Shown piece by piece: positions 26,995 through 39,605 of a DNA stretch of 64,000 bases. Every line of letters starts with the position of its first letter. Positions within the stretch are counted from its first letter, which is position 1. The translations under genes and the position numbers were made by a program. The stretch covers positions 126,575-190,574 of the forward strand of contig FLMG01002622.1 of NCBI GenBank assembly GCA_900088475.1, written 5' to 3'. The notes under the pieces were generated by a model. The model was given only the letters and a program-made list of their open reading frames with translations. It was not told the DNA's origin and did no database searches. This stretch comes from Hyphochytrium catenoides. Its lineage: Eukaryota; Protista; Hyphochytriomycota.

Positions 26995-27575
26995 TCTTCT
27001 TCCGCATTTGATTTTCTTTCTCCCTTCCTTCTGCTCTGTTATCTTTTTGCGTCTGCTGGGCCGTGACTCTCTCTTTTATGTGGCAACAACCTTTGTCCCT
27101 TCTCTTTTTCTCTCTTTCTCTCTCGGCACTTCTCCTCTCTACTTTTTCTTAACCTTTGTTCCGCTCTCTTTGCCCTTTTCTCTCTTACACTGCCTCTTTC
27201 TCCTTGTTTTCCCTCCTCTCACTTGCTCTCTCTCTCTCTCTCTCTCTCCTTCTCTCTCTTTTTATCTGTAGGTCATGTTCGCTCAACAGGCGTTGGAGGC
27301 TTAACTCTTCTCGGCGGCCACGGCATTTTGGAGAGAAAGTTCGGCTTGACGGTGGACCACTTGGTTTCTATGGAAGTGGTGCTGGCCACAGGGGAGATAG
27401 TGAGAGCAACTCGTCCCTCTCTCTCTCCCTCTCTCTCTTCTTCTCTCTCTCCCTCGGACAACGAAGATCTCTTTTGGGCTCTCACTGGAGGAGGAGGAAA
27501 CTTTGGCGTGGTGACAGAGTTTGAATTCGAAGCTTTTGAACTTCCTCATGACGGACTGGTAAGGGAAGACAGAGT

Positions 27576-27613
<38 letters not shown>

Positions 27614-28033
27614 ACAAGAGAGAAGAGAGGCGTTTCCTCTTTCAATACTGAGTAGCACTTCGCAGTCTCTGTCATTCTCTTCTGTCATTTTATTCCGCCC
27701 TACTCTTCTTTATCTCTCTCTGTTAACGTGTCCCTCTCTCACTTGTGGTTCGCTTCTCTCTTTCTCTCTCTCTCTTCTTAGTTTCTAGGAAACCAAAATG
27801 AGCCTTTCCAACTTGTTGTCCCCGTTCTTCTCTCTCTTTCTTTCTCTCTCCGTTCTTCTCTCTCTCTCTCTTCCTCTCTGTCTCCCTCTCTCGCTTCGAT
27901 TGTCTTTCTCTCTCCTTCTCTCTCCTTTTCTCTAGCTCTTGGCTGGCCCACGCGTGGTTCCACCTCTGGGTTTTGGACCATTTCGCTCTCGCCGTGAGCT
28001 CCTTGACCAATGGGCCAAGTTCACGTAAGTAAC

Positions 28034-28093
<60 letters not shown>

Positions 28094-28420
28094 ACAGAGG
28101 GGGGAGTTTGAAGTGGAAAAGAGAAGAAACATGGACCATTGACTTGCTCTTTCTCTCTCCTAGAGAGAATGCTCCCGATGAGTTGAGCGGTATGATGATT
28201 CTCCCTGCCGGCGGTCCAGTGATTCAGTATCCAGTGTGGCTAGGCGACCATGATGCTGGTGGAGGCTCTCTCTTTCTCTCCCTCTCTCTTTCTCTCTCTC
28301 TTCCCTTCCCCGTCCCTCATTCTGTCCGTCGTTCTCATGTTCCCTTCTCTTCTTCCAACGCTCTCAGTTCCCTCGTTGTCCATGTCTCTTTTTTCTCCTG
28401 GTCTCCTTCTCGCCCAACGA

Positions 28421-28462
<42 letters not shown>

Positions 28463-29041
28463 TCTCTCTCTTCTTTCTCTCTCCAATCTCTTATAAAACC
28501 TCTCACTCTCTCTTCTCAGGTCGGAAGTACTTTCAGGAAAGACTGACCTCTCTCCCTGACGCTGGATGGTCGCTTGTCTCCTCTTTCAAGCCGCGGAGCT
28601 ATTGGAAGGAGATACAAAGAGCCGCGCCTGACAAGCAGGGATATTACTATATGAAGGGTCAGCCTTCTCTCTCCTGTCTCTCCTTCTCCCTCTCTCTCGT
28701 ATCCGTCCTTGTCCCTCTCGCTCTTTTTCTCTCTCTCTCTCTCTTACGCCCTCTCTTCCTTTCCATTTATATGCTTTCTGCCTTTTCTCATTTCCATGCT
28801 CTCTTGCGTGGCCTTCGTCTCTCGCCATTTCTCTTCTTTTCTTGGCTCTTCCTCGCGATGTATGTATATGCTCTCTTTCGCTTTCTTTTGTCTCTTCTTC
28901 TTCATTCTATTTCTCTCTTTCCTCTCTCTCTCCCTCTTTTTTATTGGTTATTCTCTCTCTCTTTTTTCACGCCTCTGTCTCTCTTTCTGCAATCGTAGCC
29001 TCCTCTTCCTTTTCCCGTCTTTAGGACTAGCACTAGGGTAA

Positions 29042-29088
<47 letters not shown>

Positions 29089-29111
29089 TCTCTCTCTCTC
29101 TCTCTCTCTCC

Positions 29112-29154
<43 letters not shown>

Positions 29155-30111
29155 CTCTTTGTAGGCGTTCTTCTCCCTTCTCTCTCTCCTGAGGTGCACA
29201 ATATACTGGCAGGAGCTATAGAGGCTGCGCCGCCAAAAAGCGTCTTGCTGCTGAATCTTCTGGGAGGAGCCGCTGGAAGAGTGCCGCTGGAGGTTCGTCC
29301 ATTGGGTTCTAGGGACGAGAGAAAGAGAGAGAGAAAGACAAAGAGAGAGAGAGAGAGAGAGAGAGAAGGACAAAGAGAGAGAGAGAGAGAGAAAGACAAA
29401 GAGAGAGAGAGAAAAAGAGAACGCAGGAGGAAGAGAAAGAGAGAAAGCGTGCAACGAAACGAGAGAGAGTTAAGAGGGGGGAGAAAATTGGAAGAGAGAG
29501 ATATAAATTAAAGGTGAGGGCGAAAGAGAGAGAGAAAGAGATTAGGGCACGAAGTGAGGCTTCAAGCTGGAAGAGAGAACAACGAGGATATGCTTTCTGC
29601 TTTCTCCCCAGCTCTGGACCCTCCTGCTTAAAAAGCCTCTTTCAATTTCCGACTCACTATTTTGTCAACATCCTCTCTCTCTCTCTCTCTCTTCTCCCTC
29701 TCTCTCCCCTCCTCTTCCTCTCTCTCTCTCTCTTTGTCTCTCTGTCTCTCTCTCTCTCTCTCCTATTTGCCTCTCTTGGTCCAGAGTACGGCTCTTCCCC
29801 ATCGTAAGTTTGAGCATTGGGTTATTGTCCTGGGAGAGTGGGACGGCACGGCTCGGACAGCGCAACAAGAGAAAGAGAAGGTCCAGAACTGGGTAAGAGA
29901 GACAGCGGCCAAGCTCCAACCTCACGCGGTAGGAAGATATGGCGTAGCGGGCGGTACACTTGGAGGGGGAGACGAGGGAGAGAAAGAGAGAGAGAACTGG
30001 CACGATGTCTACGGCCAGCACTATCCTCGTCTCCAGAAAGTGAAGAGAAAGTTTGATCCCAAGAATCTCTTCCGCTCTAATGAGAACATTGTACCAGCCT
30101 CGGAGGATTGA
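25446..30111 (+). CDS. FAD-linked oxidoreductase (VAO/PCMH FAD-binding plus BBE C-terminal domain); exons 25446-25609, 26012-26145, 26383-26425, 26823-26938, 27272-27558, 27936-28024, 28164-28258, 28520-28657, 29165-29292, 29785-30111
   Basis: WN..YPSAIVV, AVTCGRHG, MVIDLSELNHIEVD, TGVGGLTLLGGHG..ERKFGLTVDHLVSMEVVLATGEIV, DLFWALTGGGGNFGVVTEFEF and VYGQHYPRLQKVKRKFDPKNLFR. Confidence 0.93.
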
Positions 30112-30337
30112 AGAATGGAAAGAGATGGCAGAGACAGGAAGGGAGAGAGAGAGAAACAAAGAGGGAGAGTGGGAGCAAGAGGGAAGGAAGAGAGAAGAGA
30201 GACCCAGAGAGAGAGAGAGAGAGAACATGTAAATGACGTGTAGACGAGTTAATCAGAATGATGAGCTTTCACCATGTAAAGAGATAGCTTATGTACAACA
30301 ACTACTTCTCTCTTCTCTCTTTTCTGTCTCCTAGATT

Positions 30338-30395
<58 letters not shown>

Positions 30396-30805
30396 TCATT
30401 CATCATTGTTGCCTTCTTTCCCCCCTCACAATTATCATGACATTGGTCGTTGTTCATCCTCTTTCTTTCTTCTCTGTTACTATCCTTTCCTTCTTCTCTA
30501 CTACTAAATAAGCTCTTTGACTTAACTCCTTCACCTTCTTGTCGTCTCCCTTTGAATGTTCACTCCGTCTTTTTCTCTGCATAGCCACAGCAAGTCTTTC
30601 TCTTCTTCCTCGATTCTCATAAAGTAAATAAGTAAGGAGCGTTTTCTGATGTAACGACCAGCACAAAGGGAGGGAGGGGTAGAAGAGAAAGGGAAGAAGG
30701 GGAAGGCAGAGAGAAAAAGAGAGAGAGAGAGAGGGAGAGAGAGAGAGAGAGAGANNNNNNNNNNNNNNNNNNNNNNNNNNNNNNNNNGAGAGAGACAGAG
30801 AGGGA

Positions 30806-30837
<32 letters not shown>

Positions 30838-30984
30838 AGAGAGAGAGAGAAAGAAAGAGAGAAAGAGGCAACATCAATCCTATCTCTCCTCTTCATCATC
30901 AAAACTTCCTGGAGATACAGAAACCCTCCAGGACAAGCAGTTCAAAAGATTTGAAAGTTCGACAGTCCACTTCTCTCTCTCTTC

Positions 30985-31043
<59 letters not shown>

Positions 31044-31304
31044 TTCTGCCTTTTCTCTCGCCCTCTGTCTCCCCCTCTCTTTCTGTCTCTGTCTCTCTCT
31101 CTCTCTGTCCTTCTCTCTCTCTCCTTTCTCTCTTTCTTTCTCTTTCTTTGTCCTTTGCCTCGATGGCGATAGTTCCGTTCTCCCAACTCCTCTCTGGTCT
31201 CGCGGCTAGATCTACATTTCGCTGGCTGGGGGAGTTTTCTGTTTCCCTTTGCCCGTTGCTGTTACTTGCTTCGCACTTGGGCCGTGGGAGGCTGCGCTTT
31301 CACC

Positions 31305-31371
<67 letters not shown>

Positions 31372-31492
31372 GTGCTATCTTTCTGCCTTCGCTGACCGTG
31401 GTCAACAAAACTAGCAATCCTCTCTTTCTCTTTCTCAAACCCTCGACTCCTCTGCCGTCATTCCTTCTTCCATCATCCTCATAGAGCGAATA

Positions 31493-31743
31493 ATGAAGAG
31501 AATTTTGCTTCCAAAGCCCTCTGGAGGAGTCCCTTCGACGGACAGCGATAGACGAGAAGGAGAAGAAGGAGGAAGACCGGCAGCAGCGGTAAATGTCTTT
31601 TGTCTTCTCTCTCTCTCTCTCTCTCTCTCCCTCTCTCTCTCTCTGTGTGTCTCTCTCTCTCAACGAGAGATGGTGTCTTAGTGGCTTTTTGCGTTTTATA
31701 ATAGCTTTTGCGTCTCTTTTCACGGATTACTTGCCCGCTGCAC

Positions 31744-31818
<75 letters not shown>

Positions 31819-31986
31819 TTTCTTTCTCTCTCTCTCTTTCTTTTGTCTCTCTCTCTCTATCCTATCATTTTCTCTCCCCCGTTAGAGAGGTATCTTTCTT
31901 CTCTGTCTCATCTTCACAGCCACGATGCGTCTTCCAAAGATCCTTTTTTTGCTTCTTCTCAAACATAACTCTGCTGGACGCGCCCC

Positions 31987-32041
<55 letters not shown>

Positions 32042-32070
32042 CTCTGTCTCTCTCTCTCTCTGTCTCTGTC

Positions 32071-32114
<44 letters not shown>

Positions 32115-33106
32115 TCGATCTCCAGCGCCCTAAATCTCCGCCTCGAGGTCGAGCTTCCACCTCATCCAAAGGCTCAGGCAGCAGAGTGGGCGGGCGACCG
32201 TATGGCGCCAAGAATTATACGCAAGAAGACGTGGACTCTCTCTTAGAGCTCGTCAACGAGTATCTTCCCATCAAGACAGAGGACTGGAAAGCCGTTGCTA
32301 AAGCGTACAACCAGAAGGCGAGAGATGAATATAGAGCGGTGAGAGATGCGGAGAAGTTGAAGAAGAAGTTTGGAGAGCTTCACAGCCGGACGGACAAGAG
32401 AGGACTGAAGATTGGCGATGTAGCTAAAGCAACGCAGATCAATAGACGTATATGGGAAAAGAGAAATGGAAAGGGAGAAGAGAGACAAGAAAGAGAGGAA
32501 GAAGACGAAGAGCAGCAGGAGAGAAGAGAGCAAGACGAAGAAGGAGAGAATGTCTCGACTGGTGACAAAGAGCAAGAAGAAGCGGAAGCAGAAGAGAGCA
32601 CTGGCAGAGTAGAGAGAGAAGTAAGAGAGGAAGATGAAGGTAGGCCATCAGCACGCAGAAGAGAAGAGGAGCGCGGAGAGAGACGAGAGACTCGACGTTC
32701 ACCGGGAAAAGAAAGCGGCTCAACCTCATCAAAGAAACGAAGACGAGGAGAGACACGACAGACAGATACAGAGGAGCAGGAAGAAGGAGTGCCCAGCCCG
32801 AGCAATGATGAGGAGAGACGAAGAGAAAGAGAAAGAAGAAGAAGAGACATGTCAACAGATGACCCTCTTCGAACCTTCCTTCTCTCGCAGCAAAGTCCAG
32901 GAGTCTTAGAATACCGAGTGAAGAGCCTGGAGGACGAAGTGAAGAGGTTGAGAGATGACGTTAAGAGGCTGGAGAGAGCGTTGAACTCTGGTCTCTCAGA
33001 AATGAAGAGCACGATTATCCAGGCTCTTCTCTCCCATTCTTCTTCCTCCTCCGCTCCTGCTATTGGTGCCGGATCAGGAAGGTCAGGAGGACGTGCGGCA
33101 ATCTGA
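31493..33106 (+). CDS. Myb/SANT-like DNA-binding protein (DUF6818-like) with acidic linker and C-terminal coiled coil; exons 31493-31588, 32126-33106 (~358 aa)
   Basis: GRPYGAKNYTQEDVDSLLELVNEYLPIKTEDWKAVAKAYNQKA...RDAEKLKKKFGEL fits the GRP.GA.NY..E...LL......LP....W..VA..YN...R....LK.KF pattern as I recall it. A heptad-like LEYRVKSLEDEVKRLRDDVKRLE lies near the C-terminus. The first exon is inferred from in-frame GT-AG sites. Confidence 0.7.
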
Positions 33107-33537
33107 GATATAAAAACACCGGGAGAAAGATGGAAAAGAGAGAGAGAGAGAAAGACGGAAATCTAGCCAAGCCAGGGACCCAACGAACAGTTCCAGAAAA
33201 GGACAGAAGTAGGCAGACAGAGAGGGAAATCAGTAGCGGGCAAAACAAGAGAGAGGACGGGAAGGGGAGACAGAAAAGAGAGAGGAAATGTCAGCGCGAC
33301 TCAATCGTTGTAAAATAGGGCTGGATTATATATACTGGAGGCTCGCTTCAAGGTCCTCGTTGTTTCTCTCTCTCCCTCTCTCTCTCTCACACACTTATCA
33401 CTACTGAACAGCAGTGAGGGACTACTTTCTGCTCTGTCTCTTTCGAGTTTATAACGTCCTTTCTCTCTCTCGTCGCTTTTATTTAGCTCCACTCCCTCTT
33501 CTCCTTTTCAAAAAGCAAGCTCTCTCTCTCTCTCTCT

Positions 33538-34803
33538 TCATTTCCCTTTTGCAGCAAGGTCCAAGGCATTCAACTCCTCTCTCAGCGCCTTCACTTTCTC
33601 ACAGTGCGCCTCCAACAGCGGGTTCATCACACGGAACCAAAGAGGAGGAAACACTGCCAGAAGAGCCATCCCCGAATAGCCCGTAGGGAGGTTAGGAGAC
33701 TCATCAAACGAGCGGAGGATCTGATATCGGCGGAGAGGATAAGAGTGATGATCTGAGTGCCTCTGGAGCTTGAAGAGGAAGAAGTTGGTTATCCGCATGT
33801 TCGCGTTCCACGAGTGAATCGGACGGACTCTCTCCCACTGCCCATTCCGGAGCTTCTCTCTCTCTAGACCATAGTGTTCCACATAGTTAATCACTTCCAA
33901 GAGAGAGAAGCCAATGAAGCTCTGAAGAGCAAAGACAAGCGCAGCTGTGGATCCGAAGAGATAGCCTAGGGAGAGAGTGAGACAGAGTGGCGCTGCGGTA
34001 TTGATAGTCATAGCGTTCTGCCAAGGGACATACGGATTCTTCCCCGTCTTTCTCAGTCTCTTCAGCTCTATCTCCCAGGCGCTGCGATAAGAACCGACCA
34101 CGGTCTGCCACCAAAAGCCGTACAGCGTCTGGTTCTTCCTGGACGTGGCGGGGTCATTAGGCGTCCCCACATGCCAATGATGGCCGTGGACATGCTCGAT
34201 CTGGAAGTGCATGTACGAGGAGAGAAGGAGACAGATCTTGGCTAAGAAAGGCTCAATGACCGTTCGCTTGTGCCCCAGCTCGTGCGCCACGTTAATCGAT
34301 AGACCCGATGTGATTCCTAAGCCTATGATTAACCCTGCAAGCTCGTTAATTGTTAACGGCGCCGTGGCCGCATAGTAGCAGCCTCCAAGTACGGTCGCGG
34401 CATGCACAAACGGCCAGAGAAAGGTTACTAGCCGATAGCGAAGCTGTTTATCGAGGATTTTCTCTTGCTCAGGCGTAGGATTGAGCTCCAGAGTAGGGAG
34501 ACAGAGGTCCAATAGAGGGACAATGCCAAAGGTCAAGACGAGAGGAAAGTAGTGCCACGCGCCGCCGAAGAGGATGCCAATGCCGCTGGTGATGGGCAGA
34601 AGATAGACAGCAAGATAAGGGAGAACGCTAAAGTCATTGACGGTCTTGGCATAGTTAGAGACCGTAGAGAAAGGGGCGATGGGGCTTTTCCCCGCTCCGT
34701 CTTGGCCGTCAAGCGCCTCTTTCTTTCTATTTCCTAGCCCTGCGGCTCCACCGATGTGGCGTGGGACACCCGCGGAGAACGCCAGTGAAGAAGAAGCTGT
34801 CAT
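33538..34803 (-). CDS. alkB: Alkane 1-monooxygenase (membrane non-heme diiron hydroxylase), intronless, 421 aa
   Basis: All diagnostic motifs are present: AHELGHK, EHVHGHH..VGTPNDPATSR, NYVEHYGL, HSWN, LQRHSDHH.YP.R.YQ.LR and PNLPTGY, plus N-terminal TM helices with FGIVPLLD. Confidence 0.95.
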   Translation of the reverse strand: MTASSSLAFSAGVPRHIGGAAGLGNRKKEALDGQDGAGKSPIAPFSTVSNYAKTVNDFSVLPYLAVYLLPITSGIGILFGGAWHYFPLVLTFGIVPLLDLCLPTLELNPTPEQEKILDKQLRYRLVTFLWPFVHAATVLGGCYYAATAPLTINELAGLIIGLGITSGLSINVAHELGHKRTVIEPFLAKICLLLSSYMHFQIEHVHGHHWHVGTPNDPATSRKNQTLYGFWWQTVVGSYRSAWEIELKRLRKTGKNPYVPWQNAMTINTAAPLCLTLSLGYLFGSTAALVFALQSFIGFSLLEVINYVEHYGLEREKLRNGQWERVRPIHSWNANMRITNFFLFKLQRHSDHHSYPLRRYQILRSFDESPNLPTGYSGMALLAVFPPLWFRVMNPLLEAHCEKVKALREELNALDLAAKGK

Positions 34804-35746
34804 CTGATGAGCTTGGTCCTTGAGTTGCGGAAGGAGACAGCGCAGGGAGGGATTGTGTCCTTCTCCTTCTTAACTTCTATGGCAAAGTTGGAGGATGGTC
34901 TATAGACGTATCGATGGCAAAGGTGTTTGTCCGGGAGCTGGAAATGTCAAAGTGAGAGAGAAGAGATCTGAAGCTTCCTGCAGCTCTGTCTCAGATCATT
35001 GAACATTGAAGTGGCCTCTCCTCGACGCCGCTAACTAGCTCTTGGAAGCCCCTCCCGTCTCTTGTTCCACTTCTGCGGTGGAAGAGTGAGGTCAACTCTT
35101 TTGCCTTTCTCTTCTCCTTTCCTGTCTTTGACCGCGGACATCGACGATCAGGATCTTGCCACCTGGATGATGGAGAATTTGGGGCCGACCTAGGAAAGCT
35201 ACTTGCCGTCTCACCGGCTACCGCCCCCGTGAGTTCTCTGTCCATTTCTCTTGTCCACCAGCTGCAGCTGCTGCGTCTACTTGCCCTTGAGTCGTGGATC
35301 ATTCTGCAACTAAAGAAGAGAAGAGAAGAGAAGAGATAGATGGGAGGGCGAGAGAGAGAGAGAGAGAGACAGGGGAAGAGAGATAGATAGAAAGATAGAT
35401 ACTGTCCATTAGTAGATAGGTAGGTAGACAGATACCGAGTGAGCAAGGCAGGGAAGCGACAGAGAGATAGAAGGGGATGAAAGAGAGGAGAAAGAGAGGG
35501 AAGGAGAAAGAGAGAGAGAGAGTAAGAGAGAGAGAGAGAGAGAGAGAGTGAGAGAGAGNNNNNNNNNNNNNNNNNNNNNNNNNNNNNNNNNNNNNNNNNN
35601 NNNNNNNNNAGAACGAGAGAGAGAGAGAGAGAGGGAGAACGAGAGAGAAAACGAGAGAGAGAGAGAGAGAGAAAGAGAGGACATCCTCTCTGCCTGCTTC
35701 TCCCCGCTTTCCTTCCGTTCCCTGGCCATCCTTCCCTCCTCTTCTG

Positions 35747-35816
35747 GTTGGCCACAGTCTTATTATACTTAGCTTCTATTGGCTGTCATTTCTCTTAGGC
35801 TTTCCATGATTGGCTG
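35747..35816 (-). promoter_or_regulatory. CCAAT boxes upstream of alkB
   Basis: ATTGGCTG at 35778 and 35809 (CAGCCAAT on the alkB strand), plus a one-mismatch copy GTTGGC at 35747. Confidence 0.45.
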
Positions 35817-36264
35817 ATCCTAGGGCTACTGGTCAAGTGAAGGCTAAGAATGGCTACTGGCAATAATATGCATCCACCGCCAAGGGCTAAATTAGGCAAA
35901 AACAGGCAAAAACAATGAGGTGAGGGAAGTAGTAGTATTTTGCTACTTGCTTCACGGCGGCTCCCACCCAACGTGACACAACCTAAAATAGTACGCGGAT
36001 ATGGTCTAAAATATAACCATAAAACATAGTAGCGAGGAATGGTAATGAGTGAACTGTGTTCAACAGCACGTCGGAACCAGATTTGACGTGACTGCCATCC
36101 GAATTTTGGTCCTGCAACTCTCGGGTGAGACATCACCGAGTGCGCCAGATTTTGAATATGCCTGAAATATGTTCCTGATAGTTTCCAGTTTTCTGCAAAT
36201 ATACTGGTATGGACGGCAGGAGATAAAGAGCAAAGGACAGAGAGAGAGAAAGGGAGAGAGAGAG

Positions 36265-36331
<67 letters not shown>

Positions 36332-37338
36332 AGAGCCGGCAAAAGCGGAAGGGATATGACTGACGGATGGAGGGACAGAAGTGTAACAGAGAGAAGACAG
36401 ATTGATGGAGAGAGAGAAGAGGAGGCGGGTGATCGAGAGAGAGAGAGAGAGAGAGACAAAAAGACAAAGAGAGAGAGGGAGTCCGACGAAAGAGAAAGCG
36501 AGACAGAGAACACTTGAGAAGGGTGAAAAGAGAGAAACAAAGAGAGAGGGAGAGAAAAACCAAAGAGTGGGAGGCTAAAGAAAAGAGGAAGAAAGAGGAC
36601 AGCAACAAGAGAGAAGAGGGAAATGAAAAGCAAAGTCCACAGAAAGAGAAGAGCAGAGAAAGAGAGAAGAGAGCAGGTCCCTTGTGGATCGTCATGTCTT
36701 CCTTAATATGAAGAGGAGAGAGAGAAGAGAAAGGAGAACAAGAGAGAAGACACTCTCCTGGCAATCTACAGAATGACGATGCTTCATTCGCCGTTCTCTT
36801 CTGGACTTATCTCCCCGTCCTCTCTACTCCTTTCTCTCCCCCCGTTTATTTGTCACAGGTTGCCTCTCCTGTCTTCAGACCTCCGTTGTCCATTCAAGGA
36901 AGCTCCTAGCTTCTCCTTCTTCCTTGCACGAGCCCTGTGGTGCCTTTCTTAGTCTCCCCCAGTCTCTCCTCTCCTTCCCTCTTCCCTTTATTCTTTCTCT
37001 GTCTCTCCTTTCCCATTAGAAGAGAGAGAAGGAAAGCAGGAGCCCTAGATTTATCGCTGATGACATCACTGTCACACGGTCATGACGTCTATAGAAGAGG
37101 CGGTGTATTTGAGCGTGGAATCCATCTATTTATAAGAGAGAGAGAGAGAGAGACAGAGGAGGCGAGAGACAGAGAGAGATGAAGAAGACTCTAGGAGGAG
37201 CATGGATGTATACATCTTAGCCAATAGATAAGGGTGTCCGTCTCTCCTTTCCTCCCTCACTACTCTCCCTGTCTTTCTCTCTCTCTCTATCAGAGCTCTC
37301 TCTCCCCATTATTCTCCTTATTAGCTCTAAGAAAACGC

Positions 37339-38282
37339 TTATAGCATGGGGATAGGGGAAGTCGAGGAAGAAAGTTCGTATGTCTCTTCCTCTTCCTTCT
37401 TTCCTCTTCGAATTGGTGCTGTCTCTTCTTCTTCTTCTACTTCCACAGCGTGCTGAAGCCATCCTGGAGGCAGAGGAGTAAGGTCCTCAGTGTAGACCAG
37501 AGAAGATGACGTGTGGGTGCCTCTTCTTCCGTTTGAAAGAAGAGACGAAGACGACACTTTTCTCTTTTGGTCTCTGGGATCAGTTCCCTTTCTTCCTGCT
37601 TCGTCTCCCTCTTTCTCTTCTTCAATCAGAAACGTTAGCCGGTAGGCAGTGCTGTCTCTCTCTCCTACTCCGTGCTGAGTATAGGAGACAGACCTCGCGA
37701 GGAGAGGACGAGGAGGAGAGAGTGCTCTTGGGGGAGACTTTTCCAATGTTGAGCTGTAGAAGTCTTCGTACTTGTTATCCTCGCTCTGATTATGATCCTG
37801 CTACAAGAGAGTCGAGAAGGGGGAGAATAAGAGCGGGAGAGAAAGAGAGAGAAAGACAGAAAGAGGGAGAGAAGGAGAGAAAGGGGACAAGAGTGAGAGA
37901 AGAATCCTTAGCGTTGGCGGTTCGGAACTCTAGAGAGTCCAATATTCTTTCTCTCTTGAGGAGAAAAGTGGATAGGAAAGAGAGAGACAGGTAGCATGCA
38001 TGGAAAAAGCAAGGACACGATAGAGACGAGAGGGAAAAAAAAGCTCACGGTATAGAAGACAAAGGCGATTGAACAAAAGAGAGAGAGAGAAAGAGATTCA
38101 GAGATTCAGAGAGAGAGAGATCACGAACATACCAGCGTCGTGGAGGCCGTGAGCTTTGTTGCGGTCCTGGAGAACACTGCCTTTGCTTTAGAAGAGGCAT
38201 CCCAACATTGAGAAACATTGACACCGAATATCAGCGTCACCATCAGCTGCGGGACGGAGGATTCAACGGTTTGGAGAGAGAG

Positions 38283-38324
<42 letters not shown>

Positions 38325-39472
38325 TGTGAGATTGTGATTGTCAGCAGTTGATGATCTTTTAGCGCTCTAGTTGCAGAGACAGCCCCGTCCAGAGGCAAAG
38401 ATTGAAGAGGTAGAACCTCAGAGGATTCCTCTCCGGGAAGACCTTTCTCCTTCAAATATCTCTTCACCCGCTTCTCTTCTCTGCATTGCCCTTCCTTTCT
38501 CTTGTTGTCCACTTAATGGTCCTCTCTCTCTCGGTCTCTCTCCCCTATCCTCCGCATCTCTTCTCTCGTTTCTTACCCCGTTAGCCGCGATGCTGATATT
38601 GGTGACGGTGCAGTAGAGGTAGGCAGTCCGTCGGACGTAGGAGAGAGACTGCGGCCTGAACTCTGCCAAGACAGAGCTCAGAGCGTAGAGCCATGTCCAA
38701 GCCATAAACCACACGAGATACACTGTGAAACTAAGAACCTAAGGGCAAAGGGAGTTAGATATTTCCTCTTTCTCTCTGGGGTTTCTCACTCTCTCTCGTC
38801 CTCCCTCATACGCTTCCCTCCTCTCCTCCTATCGCGCCACCACTTTAGCTATGAGAGCCGAGAGGCTTGTAAGAGTATGTGCCGTCTCTCTTCTTTTCTT
38901 TCTCTTCTTCTTCCTTTTCTTCTCTCCCTTTCTCTCTCTCTCTCTCTCTCCTCTTTGTCCCTTTACTTCCTTCTTCTCAAAGTGCAGGAAACAGGAAAAG
39001 GCCAAATCAAGCTGACTCTTTACCTGGACGACATAGGTCCGTTGTACGTTCTTAAGGGCTCTTTCTCTCTCTCTTCTCTCCCTTTCTCCTCTTTCCAAGG
39101 CGCCTCCTTCATCTTCCAAGCCGCCACTCTTTCTGTTATGCTTGTTTCCTCGCTTGGTGATGGGAGAGGTGGCAAGCAGGACGCGAAGAGTGCGGAAGGC
39201 AAAGTAGAAGCCACCAATGAAGAGTAAAGGATAGAGAGAGTAGAGAATGGAGAATCTAGAGGAACCCAAGAAAAGAGAGAGAGAAAGAGAGAGAGAGAGT
39301 GAGAGAGAGAGCAATGGAAGTAGAGCAAGTGAGGTAGAGAAAAACCAAAACGAAAGTGGGACAAGTAGGGAAGAGAAGAGAGAGAAAAATTAGCCCGGAC
39401 ACGTGGCTGGAGGGGAGGGAGCCGGTTCCATGCACTCCCTGCTCATAAATTACCCTCCATCCCCTCTCCCCC

Positions 39473-39523
<51 letters not shown>

Positions 39524-39553
39524 TCTCTCTNNNNNNNNNNNNNNNNNNNNNNN

Positions 39554-39605
<52 letters not shown>

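Noticed and set aside
33541-33555. C-terminal AAKGK of AlkB as an ER-retrieval signal
   Set aside because: Lysines are at -1 and -3, not the canonical -3/-4 or -3/-5.
33538-34803. AlkB as bacterial contamination, or as a fatty-acid desaturase or the DNA-repair AlkB
   Set aside because: The flanks carry host microsatellites with no gap at the junctions. NYVEHYG and LQRHSDHH are alkane-hydroxylase-type motifs, and the 2OG-Fe(II) repair enzyme is unrelated.
34991-35755. 254-aa ORF upstream of alkB as a partner gene such as rubredoxin
   Set aside because: It spans microsatellite and an N gap and has no CxxCG motifs; it is more likely leader sequence.
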